A stretch of 64,000 bases of DNA, taken from the NCBI GenBank assembly GCA_963786805.1, contig CAWBAK010000004.1, positions 101,388 to 165,387 on the forward strand, given 5' to 3'. Made by a program: the position numbers and the translations under genes. Source of the DNA: an uncultured Actinomycetes bacterium (GTDB taxonomy: Bacteria > Actinomycetota > UBA4738 > HRBIN12). Position 1 is the first letter of the stretch; every line of letters starts with the position of its first letter. The notes under the pieces are model-generated. The model was not told where the DNA came from, did no database searches, and was given only the letters and a program-made list of their open reading frames with translations. Below are positions 54,179 through 63,369 of this stretch, one piece after another.

Positions 54179-54302
54179 GCGCGGCAGACTACCGCCGTCA
54201 TCACGCCGGCGAAGGAACCCGATCGACGGGGCGGGATCGCGAGATCCTTGAGAACGCGGTCTGCATCGTGAGCGAGCAGTCGCCAGGGACTGCCCCGAGT
54301 CG

Positions 54303-54494
54303 CTATCCGACCGGACGGCCCTCCAAGAGCCACCTTCGGATCGCGTGGTAGGCGGCTCTCTCCTTCGCCGCAGGCGACAGGCTCTCGACGATCTGTTGCG
54401 CAAGCCGGTCCGCGGTTCCGGGTTCATCCGCGAGCTGCTGCCGAGCTTCATCGATCGCGAGCCGAAGTTCATCCTGGATGGCGTCGTCGGTCAT
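54303..54494 (-). CDS. Small conserved hypothetical protein (63 aa), paralogous to the gene at 52841..53030
   Basis: MTDDAIQDELRLAIDEARQQLADEPGTADRLAQQIVESLSPAAKERAAYHAIRRWLLEGRPVG. The frame is intact. Confidence 0.5.
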   Translation of the reverse strand: MTDDAIQDELRLAIDEARQQLADEPGTADRLAQQIVESLSPAAKERAAYHAIRRWLLEGRPVG

Positions 54495-54641
54495 CGACCG
54501 AAGCGTACGCGGAGAGTGGTTGCTCATTCGCCAAACTATGGCTACGAATGATGTCGTCTGTGAGAAGTGCGGGGACCGAGCGCTCCGCGAGAGCAAGGCT
54601 TTCCAGGCGGTACTGCGTCACCAAACCGGCGGCCGGACCCG

Positions 54642-55322
54642 TCAGCTCGGCTGCGCTGGATCGGTGAACCGTGCCGGCTTGTGGCTGCCGTCACAGAACG
54701 GCTTGTTCTGCGAGTGCCCGCACCGACAGAGTGTCTGTCGGTTGCGCACCTCGTACGGCGCACCGTCCTCCGAGACGATCGGGATGCCGCCGCGCACCCA
54801 GTACGACGCGTTCGGTTCGACGCCGATCGACGGCTCGAGCGCCGGCTCCACCGTCGTGCCCGGATCGACGGACTCCGCATACGTCAGCCGCCCTGACGGA
54901 CAGCGGTGGACCATCGCCACGAATTGCGCGCGCGCATCCTCGTCGTCGGCGTCGCCCGCGAGCTCCCAGACATCGGTCCGCCGGTTCCTGCAGAAGCCGG
55001 CTGTCGTGCAGAGCGAGCCATCGTCGTACAGGATGACGCCGTTCCCCTCCCATGGTGAACGGCGCGCCGCCGTGGGCCCACGGTCGGCGGTCTCTGCGCC
55101 TACGAACGAGATGCGTTCGCACGCGTGGTCGCAGAATGGCTTCTCTGCCGATTCGCCGCACCGACACAGCTCGTAGCTCTCGGCCACGGCGAAGTCCGGT
55201 CCTTCGTCCCAGTCGATGGGCTCGCCTTGCTCGGTCTTGACGATCGCCGTTCGAAGCAGGCGAACACCGCCCTCGACTCGGTAGGGACCCTTCCCCACGA
55301 CGACGATCCTCATCCGCGACAC
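54642..55322 (-). CDS. Protein with two CDGSH-type iron-sulfur domains
   Basis: CRCGESAEKPFCDHAC and CRCGHSQNKPFCDGSH. Confidence 0.7.
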   Translation of the reverse strand: MSRMRIVVVGKGPYRVEGGVRLLRTAIVKTEQGEPIDWDEGPDFAVAESYELCRCGESAEKPFCDHACERISFVGAETADRGPTAARRSPWEGNGVILYDDGSLCTTAGFCRNRRTDVWELAGDADDEDARAQFVAMVHRCPSGRLTYAESVDPGTTVEPALEPSIGVEPNASYWVRGGIPIVSEDGAPYEVRNRQTLCRCGHSQNKPFCDGSHKPARFTDPAQPS

Positions 55323-55336
55323 GACGGCCTTCGACG

Positions 55337-55846
55337 CTAGGACGTGGGGGGGACTTCGACGACGCGGCCGGTCTCTGCGCCGAAGTCCCAGAGGTCGATC
55401 CCCGGCGGTTCGATGCCGAGCGCCGTGAGCGCGGTGCAGATCTGGCTCCGATGATCGGTTCCGTGGTGCACGACCTGCGCGAGCCGGATGCCGGTCGCGG
55501 CGTGGGTCTCGGTTCCGTCGTCGTTGCGCCCGATGAGGGTGGCGTCCGGATCGGGATCCTGCGTCAAGATCTGCGACCAGAGGGCGCCGTGGCGTTCCAT
55601 CGCGGCCCTGAGCGCAGGCAGGTCCAGGTGATCCTCGTCGATGCGATGCGAGTCATCACCGGTCACCCGGAACAGGTACCAGGCGTCGGACCCGACGAGG
55701 TGACGCTGCGTGTCGAGGATGGAGCCATAGGTCCCGGGGACGGTGGTCCCCAGCTGCTCCGAGCTGAGCTCGAGGCATACATCGAGCAACCGCAGCGACG
55801 CCCACACGTGGTGCGCGAACGCATCATCGAGCAGGGACTTGTTCAT
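55337..55846 (-). CDS. DinB-family (DinB_2/MDMPI_N-like) metal-dependent protein
   Basis: A four-helix-bundle His pattern: HHVWASLRLL...TQRHLVGSDAWYL...VVHHGTDHRSQ. Confidence 0.55.
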   Translation of the reverse strand: MNKSLLDDAFAHHVWASLRLLDVCLELSSEQLGTTVPGTYGSILDTQRHLVGSDAWYLFRVTGDDSHRIDEDHLDLPALRAAMERHGALWSQILTQDPDPDATLIGRNDDGTETHAATGIRLAQVVHHGTDHRSQICTALTALGIEPPGIDLWDFGAETGRVVEVPPTS

Positions 55847-55943
55847 CCGGTGACCGTAACAGACTCGTGGAGCGCGCTCCCAGGGCCTCGCGCACCCAAC
55901 ACCGGCGGCCGTGCTCTGCCGATCCTGGCGCTGATCGGTGAGC

Positions 55944-56303
55944 CTAGGTTGCGGGCTTGGCGTAGTCGGCGATCTCCTTTGAGAAGTCCACGCCCACATA
56001 CGGCTCGTCGCCGATGACCCACGCATCGTGCCCTGGCTGGATCTCGTTCGCATCGCCGGGACCGACCTCGAACTCCGATCCGTCGTTCATCGCGACGTGG
56101 AGCCGACCAGAGATGCCGTACCCGGTGTGATGCACCATGCACGAGTCGGTCCCGACGATCGGCTTCACGTCGTTCGACCACCGCCAGCCCGGCTCGAACC
56201 TCGCCCGCCCGATCGTGACCGAGCCGACCTTCACAACCTGGATCATCCCGTGCTCGAACTTCCGCGTCTCGCCGGCTTCCACATTCATGACCTCGCCTGC
56301 CAT
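55944..56303 (-). CDS. Cupin-domain protein
   Basis: A small beta-barrel pattern, with HHTGYGISGRLHV...G...EFEVGPGD. Confidence 0.45.
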   Translation of the reverse strand: MAGEVMNVEAGETRKFEHGMIQVVKVGSVTIGRARFEPGWRWSNDVKPIVGTDSCMVHHTGYGISGRLHVAMNDGSEFEVGPGDANEIQPGHDAWVIGDEPYVGVDFSKEIADYAKPAT

Positions 56304-56386
56304 CAACGCCCTCCCATCGTTTCGTCCTGTCAAGCGTCACCGAACGGCGACACACGCAGCGTACTTGGTATGCGGTCCGGTCGCTG

Positions 56387-57565
56387 TCAGGGCGGATCCC
56401 AGCGCACCCAGGTGGAGTCGGGGGCGCGGAACTCCCAGCCGGACAGCGTGGCCGGCCGCTCGGGGTCGAGCCGGAGGTTCGGGAGCCGATCGAGCAGGGT
56501 CTCGAGCGACACGCGCGCGAGGTGGCGGCCGAACCACGCCCCGAGACAGAAGTGCGTCCCGACCGCGAAGGCGAGATGCGCGCCCTCCTTGCGATGGATG
56601 TCGAACCGGTCCGGATCGGTGAACCGGCGCGGATCGCGGTTCGCCGACGAGAGCACCGCGCCGATCAACGCTTCCTGCTCGAGCGTCACGCCGGCGAGCT
56701 CGGTTTCCTGCGTCGTCTGCCGGGTCGAGGTTCCGACCGGGCCCGCCCATCGAAGGGTCTCCTCGACCGCGTGCTTGATCAAGGAGCGGTCGGCGCGGAC
56801 CTCCTCGAGCTGCTCGGGATGCGAACCGAGCGCGATCATCGCGAGTGCGATCAGGTCGCGCGGCTCCTGCAGACCCCCGGAGAGCATGAGCTTGGTGTTC
56901 GCGACGATCTCGTCGCGGGTCATCGTCTCGTCCGTCCGGTCGTGATGCAGCATCCACGACAGGACCGAGCCGTCCGGCTGCTGTTGGAGGCGATCCAGGA
57001 CGTGCTCGATCGCCTCGCCGAGCGCGCCGCTCGCCTCGTCGGCGGGAGCCTGCTTCGCCGGGTCGCCCTCGAAGTTCGCGAGCCCGGGCATCAGGCCCAC
57101 GTTCCACCGCAGGAGGTCCTCCCACGGGACCTCGTCCAGGCCGAGCATGAACCGGAGCGACCGCACGCTCATCGGGTCGGCGAACTCCTGGAACAGGTCG
57201 CACTCCCCGCGCGACTCGAATCCGTCGACCAGCTCGTGCGCGAGCTTGGGGATCATCCCCTGCGTGCGCTCCTCGACGTCGCGAGGGCGGAACGGCGGCT
57301 CGACGATCGTGCGGACCCGCCGTTGGTCCGGCCCTTCCGAGCCGAGCATGTTGACGCCCATCGTCCGATTCAGCGTCGAGGGCTCGGTCGCCCCGGTGAA
57401 CACCTCGGGGTTGAGATCGACGAAGCGGACGTCCTCGTACCGCGTGACGAGCCAGAGCTGCACGGCGGGAACCCAGCTCACCGGCTCCTGCTCGCGGAGC
57501 CGCTCGTACGCGGGGTACGGATCGCGTTCGAGCTCTTCGAGCGTGACCTGCTCGCCGACGGTCAT
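56387..57565 (-). CDS. Cytochrome P450
   Basis: Heme-binding loop FAVGTHFCLGAWFG, ExxR (ETLRW) and the I-helix GG..E. The start is ATG 57565. Confidence 0.85.
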   Translation of the reverse strand: MTVGEQVTLEELERDPYPAYERLREQEPVSWVPAVQLWLVTRYEDVRFVDLNPEVFTGATEPSTLNRTMGVNMLGSEGPDQRRVRTIVEPPFRPRDVEERTQGMIPKLAHELVDGFESRGECDLFQEFADPMSVRSLRFMLGLDEVPWEDLLRWNVGLMPGLANFEGDPAKQAPADEASGALGEAIEHVLDRLQQQPDGSVLSWMLHHDRTDETMTRDEIVANTKLMLSGGLQEPRDLIALAMIALGSHPEQLEEVRADRSLIKHAVEETLRWAGPVGTSTRQTTQETELAGVTLEQEALIGAVLSSANRDPRRFTDPDRFDIHRKEGAHLAFAVGTHFCLGAWFGRHLARVSLETLLDRLPNLRLDPERPATLSGWEFRAPDSTWVRWDPP

Positions 57566-57657
57566 CGGTGGTGCTGTTCTCCTTCCGCACACTCGCGGCG
57601 CTCCAGGCGGTTGGGTATCTTGCGCCCGAACGAACGAGGCGGGCAAGGCGGAGGCGC

Positions 57658-58458
57658 ATGAGACTCGAAGGCAAGGTCGCGATCGTCAGCGGTGGCGGAA
57701 CCGGCATCGGCGCTGCGACGGCGCGTCGGTTCGCAGCGCAAGGCGCGAAGGTCGTCGTCACCGGCCGCCGTCCGGAGCCGCTCGAGGCCATCGCGGCCGA
57801 GACGCAGGGACTCGCCGTTCCCGGTGACGTCACCGATCCGAATCACGCGGTCGAAGCCGTGCGCGCCGCCGTCGACGCGTTCGGCGGCCTCGACGTCGTC
57901 GTTGCGAACGCGGGCGTGGGGTTCGGCGGCTCGGCGGCCGAGGTCGACGACGAGCGATGGCAGCGCACCCTCGACGTGAACGTGAACGGCGTACTCTTCC
58001 TCGTGCGCGCCGCGCTCCCCCAACTCCTCTCGCGCGGCGCCGGCTCGATCGTGATCGTCTCGAGCGTCTCCGGACTCCAGAGCGTGTCGAACTCGGTGGC
58101 GTACGACACCTCGAAGACTGCCGTGCTCGGGCTGATGCGTTCGGTGGCGGTCGAGTACGGGCCGAGCGGCATCCGTGCGAACGCCGTGTGCCCGGGCTGG
58201 GTCGTCACGCCGATGGGCGACGAGTCGATGGACGACCTCGCCGCCCAACGGGGGATCACTCGCGAGGAGGCGTACCGGCTCGCCACGGCGCCGGTGCCCC
58301 TGCGCCGCCCCGGAACGGCGGACGAGATCGCCTCGTGCTGTTTGTTCCTCGCGAGCGACGAGTCCTCGATCGTGACCGGCACCCTGCTGGTCGCCGACGG
58401 TGGCGGGACGGCGGTCGACATCGCCTCGATCGCGTTCGACGAGAGCCAGGGTTCCTGA
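57658..58458 (+). CDS. Short-chain dehydrogenase/reductase (SDR)
   Basis: TGGGTGIG Rossmann motif, NAG and YDTSK catalytic motifs. The SD ggagg precedes ATG 57658. The gene is divergent from the P450 gene across a 92-bp shared region. Confidence 0.85.
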   Translation: MRLEGKVAIVSGGGTGIGAATARRFAAQGAKVVVTGRRPEPLEAIAAETQGLAVPGDVTDPNHAVEAVRAAVDAFGGLDVVVANAGVGFGGSAAEVDDERWQRTLDVNVNGVLFLVRAALPQLLSRGAGSIVIVSSVSGLQSVSNSVAYDTSKTAVLGLMRSVAVEYGPSGIRANAVCPGWVVTPMGDESMDDLAAQRGITREEAYRLATAPVPLRRPGTADEIASCCLFLASDESSIVTGTLLVADGGGTAVDIASIAFDESQGS

Positions 58459-58462
58459 CCGC

Positions 58463-59406
58463 TCACATCGCGGCGACGCGGTCGACGACCTCGCGACAGA
58501 ACGTCGGGAACTCGTCCCGCCGGTCGATGAACTGCGATGGCTTGATGCAGATCGTCGTGAACCCGCGTTCGAGCTGAGCTGGGATCGACGCGAGCGCCTC
58601 GCCCAGGTCGGCCGTGGACGTGGCATCGGGAAAGCGTCCTCGGGTTCCACCGACCATCTCGAGCTCGGACACATCCCGGCCCGCGTCGGCCATCCCGCGG
58701 CGGAGCCGCTCGAGATCCTCGTCCGTGGGCGAGCCGAGCGGGTTGAACCCGCTTCCGTACTCGACGATCCGACGGAGGAGCCGGTCGTGCAGTCGCTGTC
58801 CTCCGAACCACAGCGCGGGCCCCTCCGGACGGAACGGCTTCGGCTCGAGGGAGACTCCGAGAACCGGTAGTGCCGGCCCTCGAACGACGCGGGCGAGTCT
58901 CGCCACAGCGCGCGCCAGGCCTCGAGATGCTCGTCGAGGAGGTCGCCGCGCCGCTCGAACGGCACGCCGAGCGCGTCGTACTCGGCGCGGTGCCAGCTCA
59001 CGGTCGGCTGGACGACCAGGCGCCCTTCGGAGAGAAGGTCCAGCGTCGCGAGCTGCTTCGCGAGCAGGACCGGATGGCGGAGCGGCGCGATGATCGAGCT
59101 CGCGACGAGCCGCAGCCGGGTGGTCGCCGAGGCGACCGCGCTCAACAGGACGAGCGCGTCGGGCCACGGGGTCGCGGGATCCTGGTTGCCCGGCAGCGCG
59201 TAGTCGCGAGGGTTCTCCGGAACGCCCTCCGCGTCCGAACCCCGGCCGAGCGCGACGTGCTCGCTCACCATCACCGCGTCGAAGCCGGCCGCCTCGGCCT
59301 CGGCCGCCATCGCGACGAGCGAGCGGAGATCGCTCGGAGGGACGAGCGTGTGGTTCTCGCTCAGGATGAGGACGAGGCGGGGCTCCGCCCCGCCTCGTCC
59401 CGCCAC
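58463..59406 (-). CDS. LLM-class flavin-dependent oxidoreductase (luciferase-like monooxygenase), with an apparent frameshift near 58870
   Basis: The N-terminal half LVLILSENHTLVPPSD...AAGFDAVMVSEH...RLRLVASSII is in the frame of ORF 57562..60564. The C-terminal half is in ORF 58463..59167. Confidence 0.55.
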
Positions 59407-60902
59407 CGTCGAGCGCCTAGCGCCGAGTGGAGGTCCGACAGAGCCCGGCTCGCGGGCTCGCGACCCCTGACCGCGACCATGTAGAGGAGCCCGAGCGCGA
59501 ACCAGATCACGGCCGCCCACGGCGCGAGCAGGATCGGGCTCGTCACCTTGTAGAACGATCCGAAGATCCCTGCCGCCGTGATCGCGGTGCCCAAGATCGC
59601 GGCGAGGACCAGCCCCGTCCGGCCCTCGTCGTCGCCCACGCCGCGAAGAGCTCCGATCGACATCAGGAGATACACGACCAGGAGCGCGAACCCGCCGAAG
59701 GTGGAACACCACACGAAGACCGAGAAGTAGTGCGGGAGCCCTGGCAGCGCGAGCAGCGACTCGTTGAACTCGGACACGGCGATGAGGATCGCCTGGATCG
59801 CGATCAGCAGCACGATCGCCCCCACCGGCGTCCCGTACTTGCGTGAAACGGCCGCGAGGCCGCCCGGAAGCCGGCGATCGCGAGCCATCGCGAACACCCC
59901 GCGGGTCGAGGCCACCGCCGCGCCGACGTACACCGCGAGCATGTCGAGGAACACGACGACCAACAGGACCTTCAGCCAGAAGTCGGATCCCGACGGGCTC
60001 CCCGGCGCGCCGAGCGCGAACAGCGGCGCCCCCGCGACGTCGGGGCTCGTGATGACGGCGAGGTCGAACCCGAACCCCGCGACCTCCACGTAGGCCGCGA
60101 TCAGGTAGAAGATCGAGACGATCATGACCGCGCCGAGCACCGCACGCGGGATCGAACGCTTCGGCTCCGCGGTCTCCTCGGCCAGGTTCGCCGCCGTCTC
60201 GAACCCGACGAAGATCAGGACGCCGTACAGGACGCCGAACAAGATCCCGCTGAACCCGCCGGACGGCGATGGGTCGAAGGCCTTCGCGATGTCGTTGCCA
60301 CTGCCGAGGTCCCCGATCACCGTGACGAAGAAGATCAGGACCACGGCGATCGAGATCAGGGCGAGCGTGAGCTGAACGCGCGTCGAGATCTGCACGCCGA
60401 AGAACAGGACGGCGAACAGCCCGAGCGCGAAGATCGAATCCCACAGCCAGATCGGCAGGTCGAGGTCGATCTCGAGGACCGGCAGCAGGTTGTCGTGCAC
60501 GTATCCGCCCAACAGGACACCGAGCCCGGTCGTGAGGATGATCGTGCCGCCGTAGTAGAGCCACCCGGAGGCGGCTCCGATCGTCTTGCCGAGCCCGTTC
60601 GAGACGTAGTCGTAGAGCGAGCCGGCGGCATGGATCCGCTTCGCGTACTGCGCCACGATCCAGCCGAGCGCGAAGACACCCACCGCCGCCAGGAGCACGG
60701 CGAGGGGCGCGGAGGTTCCGGCGCCCCGCCCCGCCGCGTTCACGCCGATGATCAGCGGGATGATGAACGCCGCGCTGAAGACCGGACCCATGAAGCCGAC
60801 GGACTGCGCGAGCACGTCGACCAGCTTCAGCTTCTTCCCGCCGAGACGCTCGTACCCCTCGGTCGCCGAGTGCGTCTCCGACATCGTGTGTTGCTCTGTC
60901 AC
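59361..60902 (-). CDS. APC-family amino acid/polyamine permease
   Basis: 12-TM profile. The GTG start is preceded by the SD gaggagg. The C-terminal ~40 aa may be affected by the overlap with the LLM gene or by a frame error. Confidence 0.7.
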   Translation of the reverse strand: MTEQHTMSETHSATEGYERLGGKKLKLVDVLAQSVGFMGPVFSAAFIIPLIIGVNAAGRGAGTSAPLAVLLAAVGVFALGWIVAQYAKRIHAAGSLYDYVSNGLGKTIGAASGWLYYGGTIILTTGLGVLLGGYVHDNLLPVLEIDLDLPIWLWDSIFALGLFAVLFFGVQISTRVQLTLALISIAVVLIFFVTVIGDLGSGNDIAKAFDPSPSGGFSGILFGVLYGVLIFVGFETAANLAEETAEPKRSIPRAVLGAVMIVSIFYLIAAYVEVAGFGFDLAVITSPDVAGAPLFALGAPGSPSGSDFWLKVLLVVVFLDMLAVYVGAAVASTRGVFAMARDRRLPGGLAAVSRKYGTPVGAIVLLIAIQAILIAVSEFNESLLALPGLPHYFSVFVWCSTFGGFALLVVYLLMSIGALRGVGDDEGRTGLVLAAILGTAITAAGIFGSFYKVTSPILLAPWAAVIWFALGLLYMVAVRGREPASRALSDLHSALGARRWRDEAGRSPASSSS

Positions 60903-60951
60903 GACTCCCCCCTCCTCGTCGTGCGTTGGTCGATTCTTACCTTTGTGCGAG

Positions 60952-61836
60952 CTACCCGGTCCAGCCGGCGAGCGGCCGTTCGAACCACACGTGCACCTGC
61001 CCCGTCCCGACCGAGGCCTCGTACTCGCTGAACCGCTCCCCCGGAGCCGTGCACGAGCGCCCGCCGATGGCCGAGGCCATCATCAGGTAATGACCGAAAT
61101 GCCCCTCCGGGTAGGCCTTGCGGTACTCGGGCATGTTGTCGATCACGCCTGCATGGTCGCCCTTCTCCATCATGTCGAGGACCTTCATGTCGGCCTCGTA
61201 GTACTTGTGGTCGTAGATGTTGTCCGGCGCCTTCTGGCTCTCGCGCTGCCGCAGGTCCTTGAAGTTGAAGAACCGGTGCGTCATGCCGCCCGACGCAAGC
61301 AGAACCACGCGCCGGTCGCTCTCCCGAACCGCGTCCCCGATCAGCTCGCCGAACCGCAGGAAGTCCTCGGTGTCGCAGCACTGGTTGAGCGCGACGCTCA
61401 GCCACGCGGTGTCCGGGTCGCCGAGGAACGTCCAGATGTTGACCGTGCCGTAGAAGAGCGGCAGGTACGGGTCGTCGTTCGCCAGGATCCAGATGTCGTC
61501 GCGCCCGTCGGCCTGCGCCGCGATGAGCTTGGCGAGCTCGGGATCGCCCGGCATGTCGTACGGGATCTGCTTCATCCCGCGCGGGAGCTCGTGACTGGTG
61601 AACTTGCCCTGCCGCCGGTCGTGCGACGTGACGATGTGCTCGAACGTCGACTCCCAGTGCGTGTCGAACACGATCACGGCGTCCGGCTTCAGGCGATCGA
61701 GCACCTCGGACTTCAGACGGTGCAGGCCCGGGACGAGGGTGATCTCCTTGCCCTCGTTGATCTCGAGCCGGACCTCCTCCGGCAGCATGATCGTGGGGAC
61801 GTGCGCGACGAGCCCCGCACCGACGATCTCACCCAT
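60952..61836 (-). CDS. Class III extradiol ring-cleavage dioxygenase (LigB family)
   Basis: MGEIVGAGLVAHVPTIM...VIVFDTHW...ASGGMTHRF. The SD aaggagg precedes ATG 61836. The upstream remainder of ORF 60952..63825 is antisense noise. Confidence 0.7.
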   Translation of the reverse strand: MGEIVGAGLVAHVPTIMLPEEVRLEINEGKEITLVPGLHRLKSEVLDRLKPDAVIVFDTHWESTFEHIVTSHDRRQGKFTSHELPRGMKQIPYDMPGDPELAKLIAAQADGRDDIWILANDDPYLPLFYGTVNIWTFLGDPDTAWLSVALNQCCDTEDFLRFGELIGDAVRESDRRVVLLASGGMTHRFFNFKDLRQRESQKAPDNIYDHKYYEADMKVLDMMEKGDHAGVIDNMPEYRKAYPEGHFGHYLMMASAIGGRSCTAPGERFSEYEASVGTGQVHVWFERPLAGWTG

Positions 61837-61853
61837 CAGCCATCCTCCTTGCG

Positions 61854-63311
61854 CTACGTGACGTCTTCCCAGGGAGCCATACAGACGTTCTTCACGTCCG
61901 CGTAGAAGTCGAACGAGTACACGCCGCCCTCGCGCCCGACACCGGATGACCTCGCGCCGCCGAACGGCGCACGCAGGTCGCGCACGAAGAAGCAGTTCAC
62001 CCAGACCGTCCCCGCCACCAGTTTCGAACTGACGCGCTCGGCGCGGTCGCGGTCGCCGGTGTACACGATCGCGGCGAGCCCGTACTCGGTCTCGTTCGCG
62101 AGCGCGATCGCCTCGTCCTCGCTCTCGAACGTCTGCAGCGTGAGGACGGGCCCGAAGACCTCCTTCCGGAGGACCTCGGCCCCCGCGGGCACATCGGTGA
62201 ACAGCGTGGGCCGGTAGTACAGGCCGCCGAGCTCTTCGTTCGGGCCGCCGCCGAGGATCGCCTTGGCGCCCTCGGCCTTCGCGCGCTGCACGAACCCGTC
62301 CACGCGCTCGAAGTGCTGGCGCGTGATCTGCGGCCCGAGATCCGTCGCCTCCTCGCGCGGGTCGCCCTGCACGATCGCGCCCGCCGCTTCCAGGAAGCGG
62401 TCGAGGAACGCGTCGTGCATCGAACGCTCGACGATCAGCCGCGTCCCGGCCAGGCAGACCTGTCCTGCGTTGTCGTACTGGTTCACGGCCTGCTTCACGA
62501 CGGCATCCAGGTCGGCGTCGGCGAACGCGACGAACGGCGCCTTGCCGCCGAGCTCGAGCGAGGCCGGAGTCAGGTTCGCCGCCGCGGCCTGCGCGACGAG
62601 CTTCCCGGTCTCGATCGACCCGGTGAACGCGATCCGGTCGACGTCGGGATGACCGGTGAGCGCGGCGCCCGCCTCCTCGCCGATGCCCTGCAGCACGTTG
62701 AACGCGCCGTCGGGCATGCCGGCCTCTCGCGTGATGTCCGCCAGCATCGACGCGGTGAGCGGTGCCCACTCGGGCGGTTTGAGGACGACCGCGTTGCCCG
62801 CCGCGAGCGCGGGCGCGACGCGCCAGGTGGCGAGCATCAGCGGCGCGTTCCACGGCGTGATCACCACGGTGACGCCCGAGGGATCCCATTCGGTGCGGCT
62901 CTCGAACCCGTTCATCTCGAAGGACTCGCCGAGCTCCATGAGCTGGTCGGCGAAGAAGCGGAAGTTCCGCGCGACCCGCGGCATGACCGAGTTCTGCATC
63001 GAGCGCAGGAGCGATCCGTTGTCGCGCGTCTCGACCGCCGCGAGCTGGGGGACCCGCTGCTCGACGAGATCGGCGATCCGGTGCAGGACCTCGGCGCGTT
63101 CCTTCGGAGAGGTTCCTCCCCACGCCTCGGCGCCCTCGCGAGCCGCGGCGACCGCGCGATCCGCGTCGGCGGCCGTGCCGCGCGAGACCTCCGCCAGAAC
63201 GGTCTCGTCGATCGGCGAGACGTCCTCGAAGGTGGCGGCCGAGGCGACGCGCTCGCCGCCGATCCAGTGCTCGGTGGCGACCTGGACGCCTTCGATCTCG
63301 GCTCCGGTCAT
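61854..63311 (-). CDS. NAD(P)-dependent aldehyde dehydrogenase (hydroxymuconic-semialdehyde dehydrogenase-like)
   Basis: 485 aa with an intact frame. Motifs FTGSIETG, ELGGKAP and catalytic Cys GQVCLAG. It is adjacent to the LigB dioxygenase gene. Confidence 0.85.
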   Translation of the reverse strand: MTGAEIEGVQVATEHWIGGERVASAATFEDVSPIDETVLAEVSRGTAADADRAVAAAREGAEAWGGTSPKERAEVLHRIADLVEQRVPQLAAVETRDNGSLLRSMQNSVMPRVARNFRFFADQLMELGESFEMNGFESRTEWDPSGVTVVITPWNAPLMLATWRVAPALAAGNAVVLKPPEWAPLTASMLADITREAGMPDGAFNVLQGIGEEAGAALTGHPDVDRIAFTGSIETGKLVAQAAAANLTPASLELGGKAPFVAFADADLDAVVKQAVNQYDNAGQVCLAGTRLIVERSMHDAFLDRFLEAAGAIVQGDPREEATDLGPQITRQHFERVDGFVQRAKAEGAKAILGGGPNEELGGLYYRPTLFTDVPAGAEVLRKEVFGPVLTLQTFESEDEAIALANETEYGLAAIVYTGDRDRAERVSSKLVAGTVWVNCFFVRDLRAPFGGARSSGVGREGGVYSFDFYADVKNVCMAPWEDVT

Positions 63312-63369
63312 TCGGTACCGAACGGTATCTGCAGGCGCCGGGGACGGTCAAGTCGCGTGCCGGTTCGGC

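Noticed and set aside
57562-60564. 1000-aa minus-strand ORF spanning SDR antisense, the LLM gene and the APC permease
   Set aside because: Only the central ~230 aa are protein-like (the N-terminal half of the LLM gene). The rest is low-complexity Arg/Gly/Asp noise, opposite to or out of frame with real genes.
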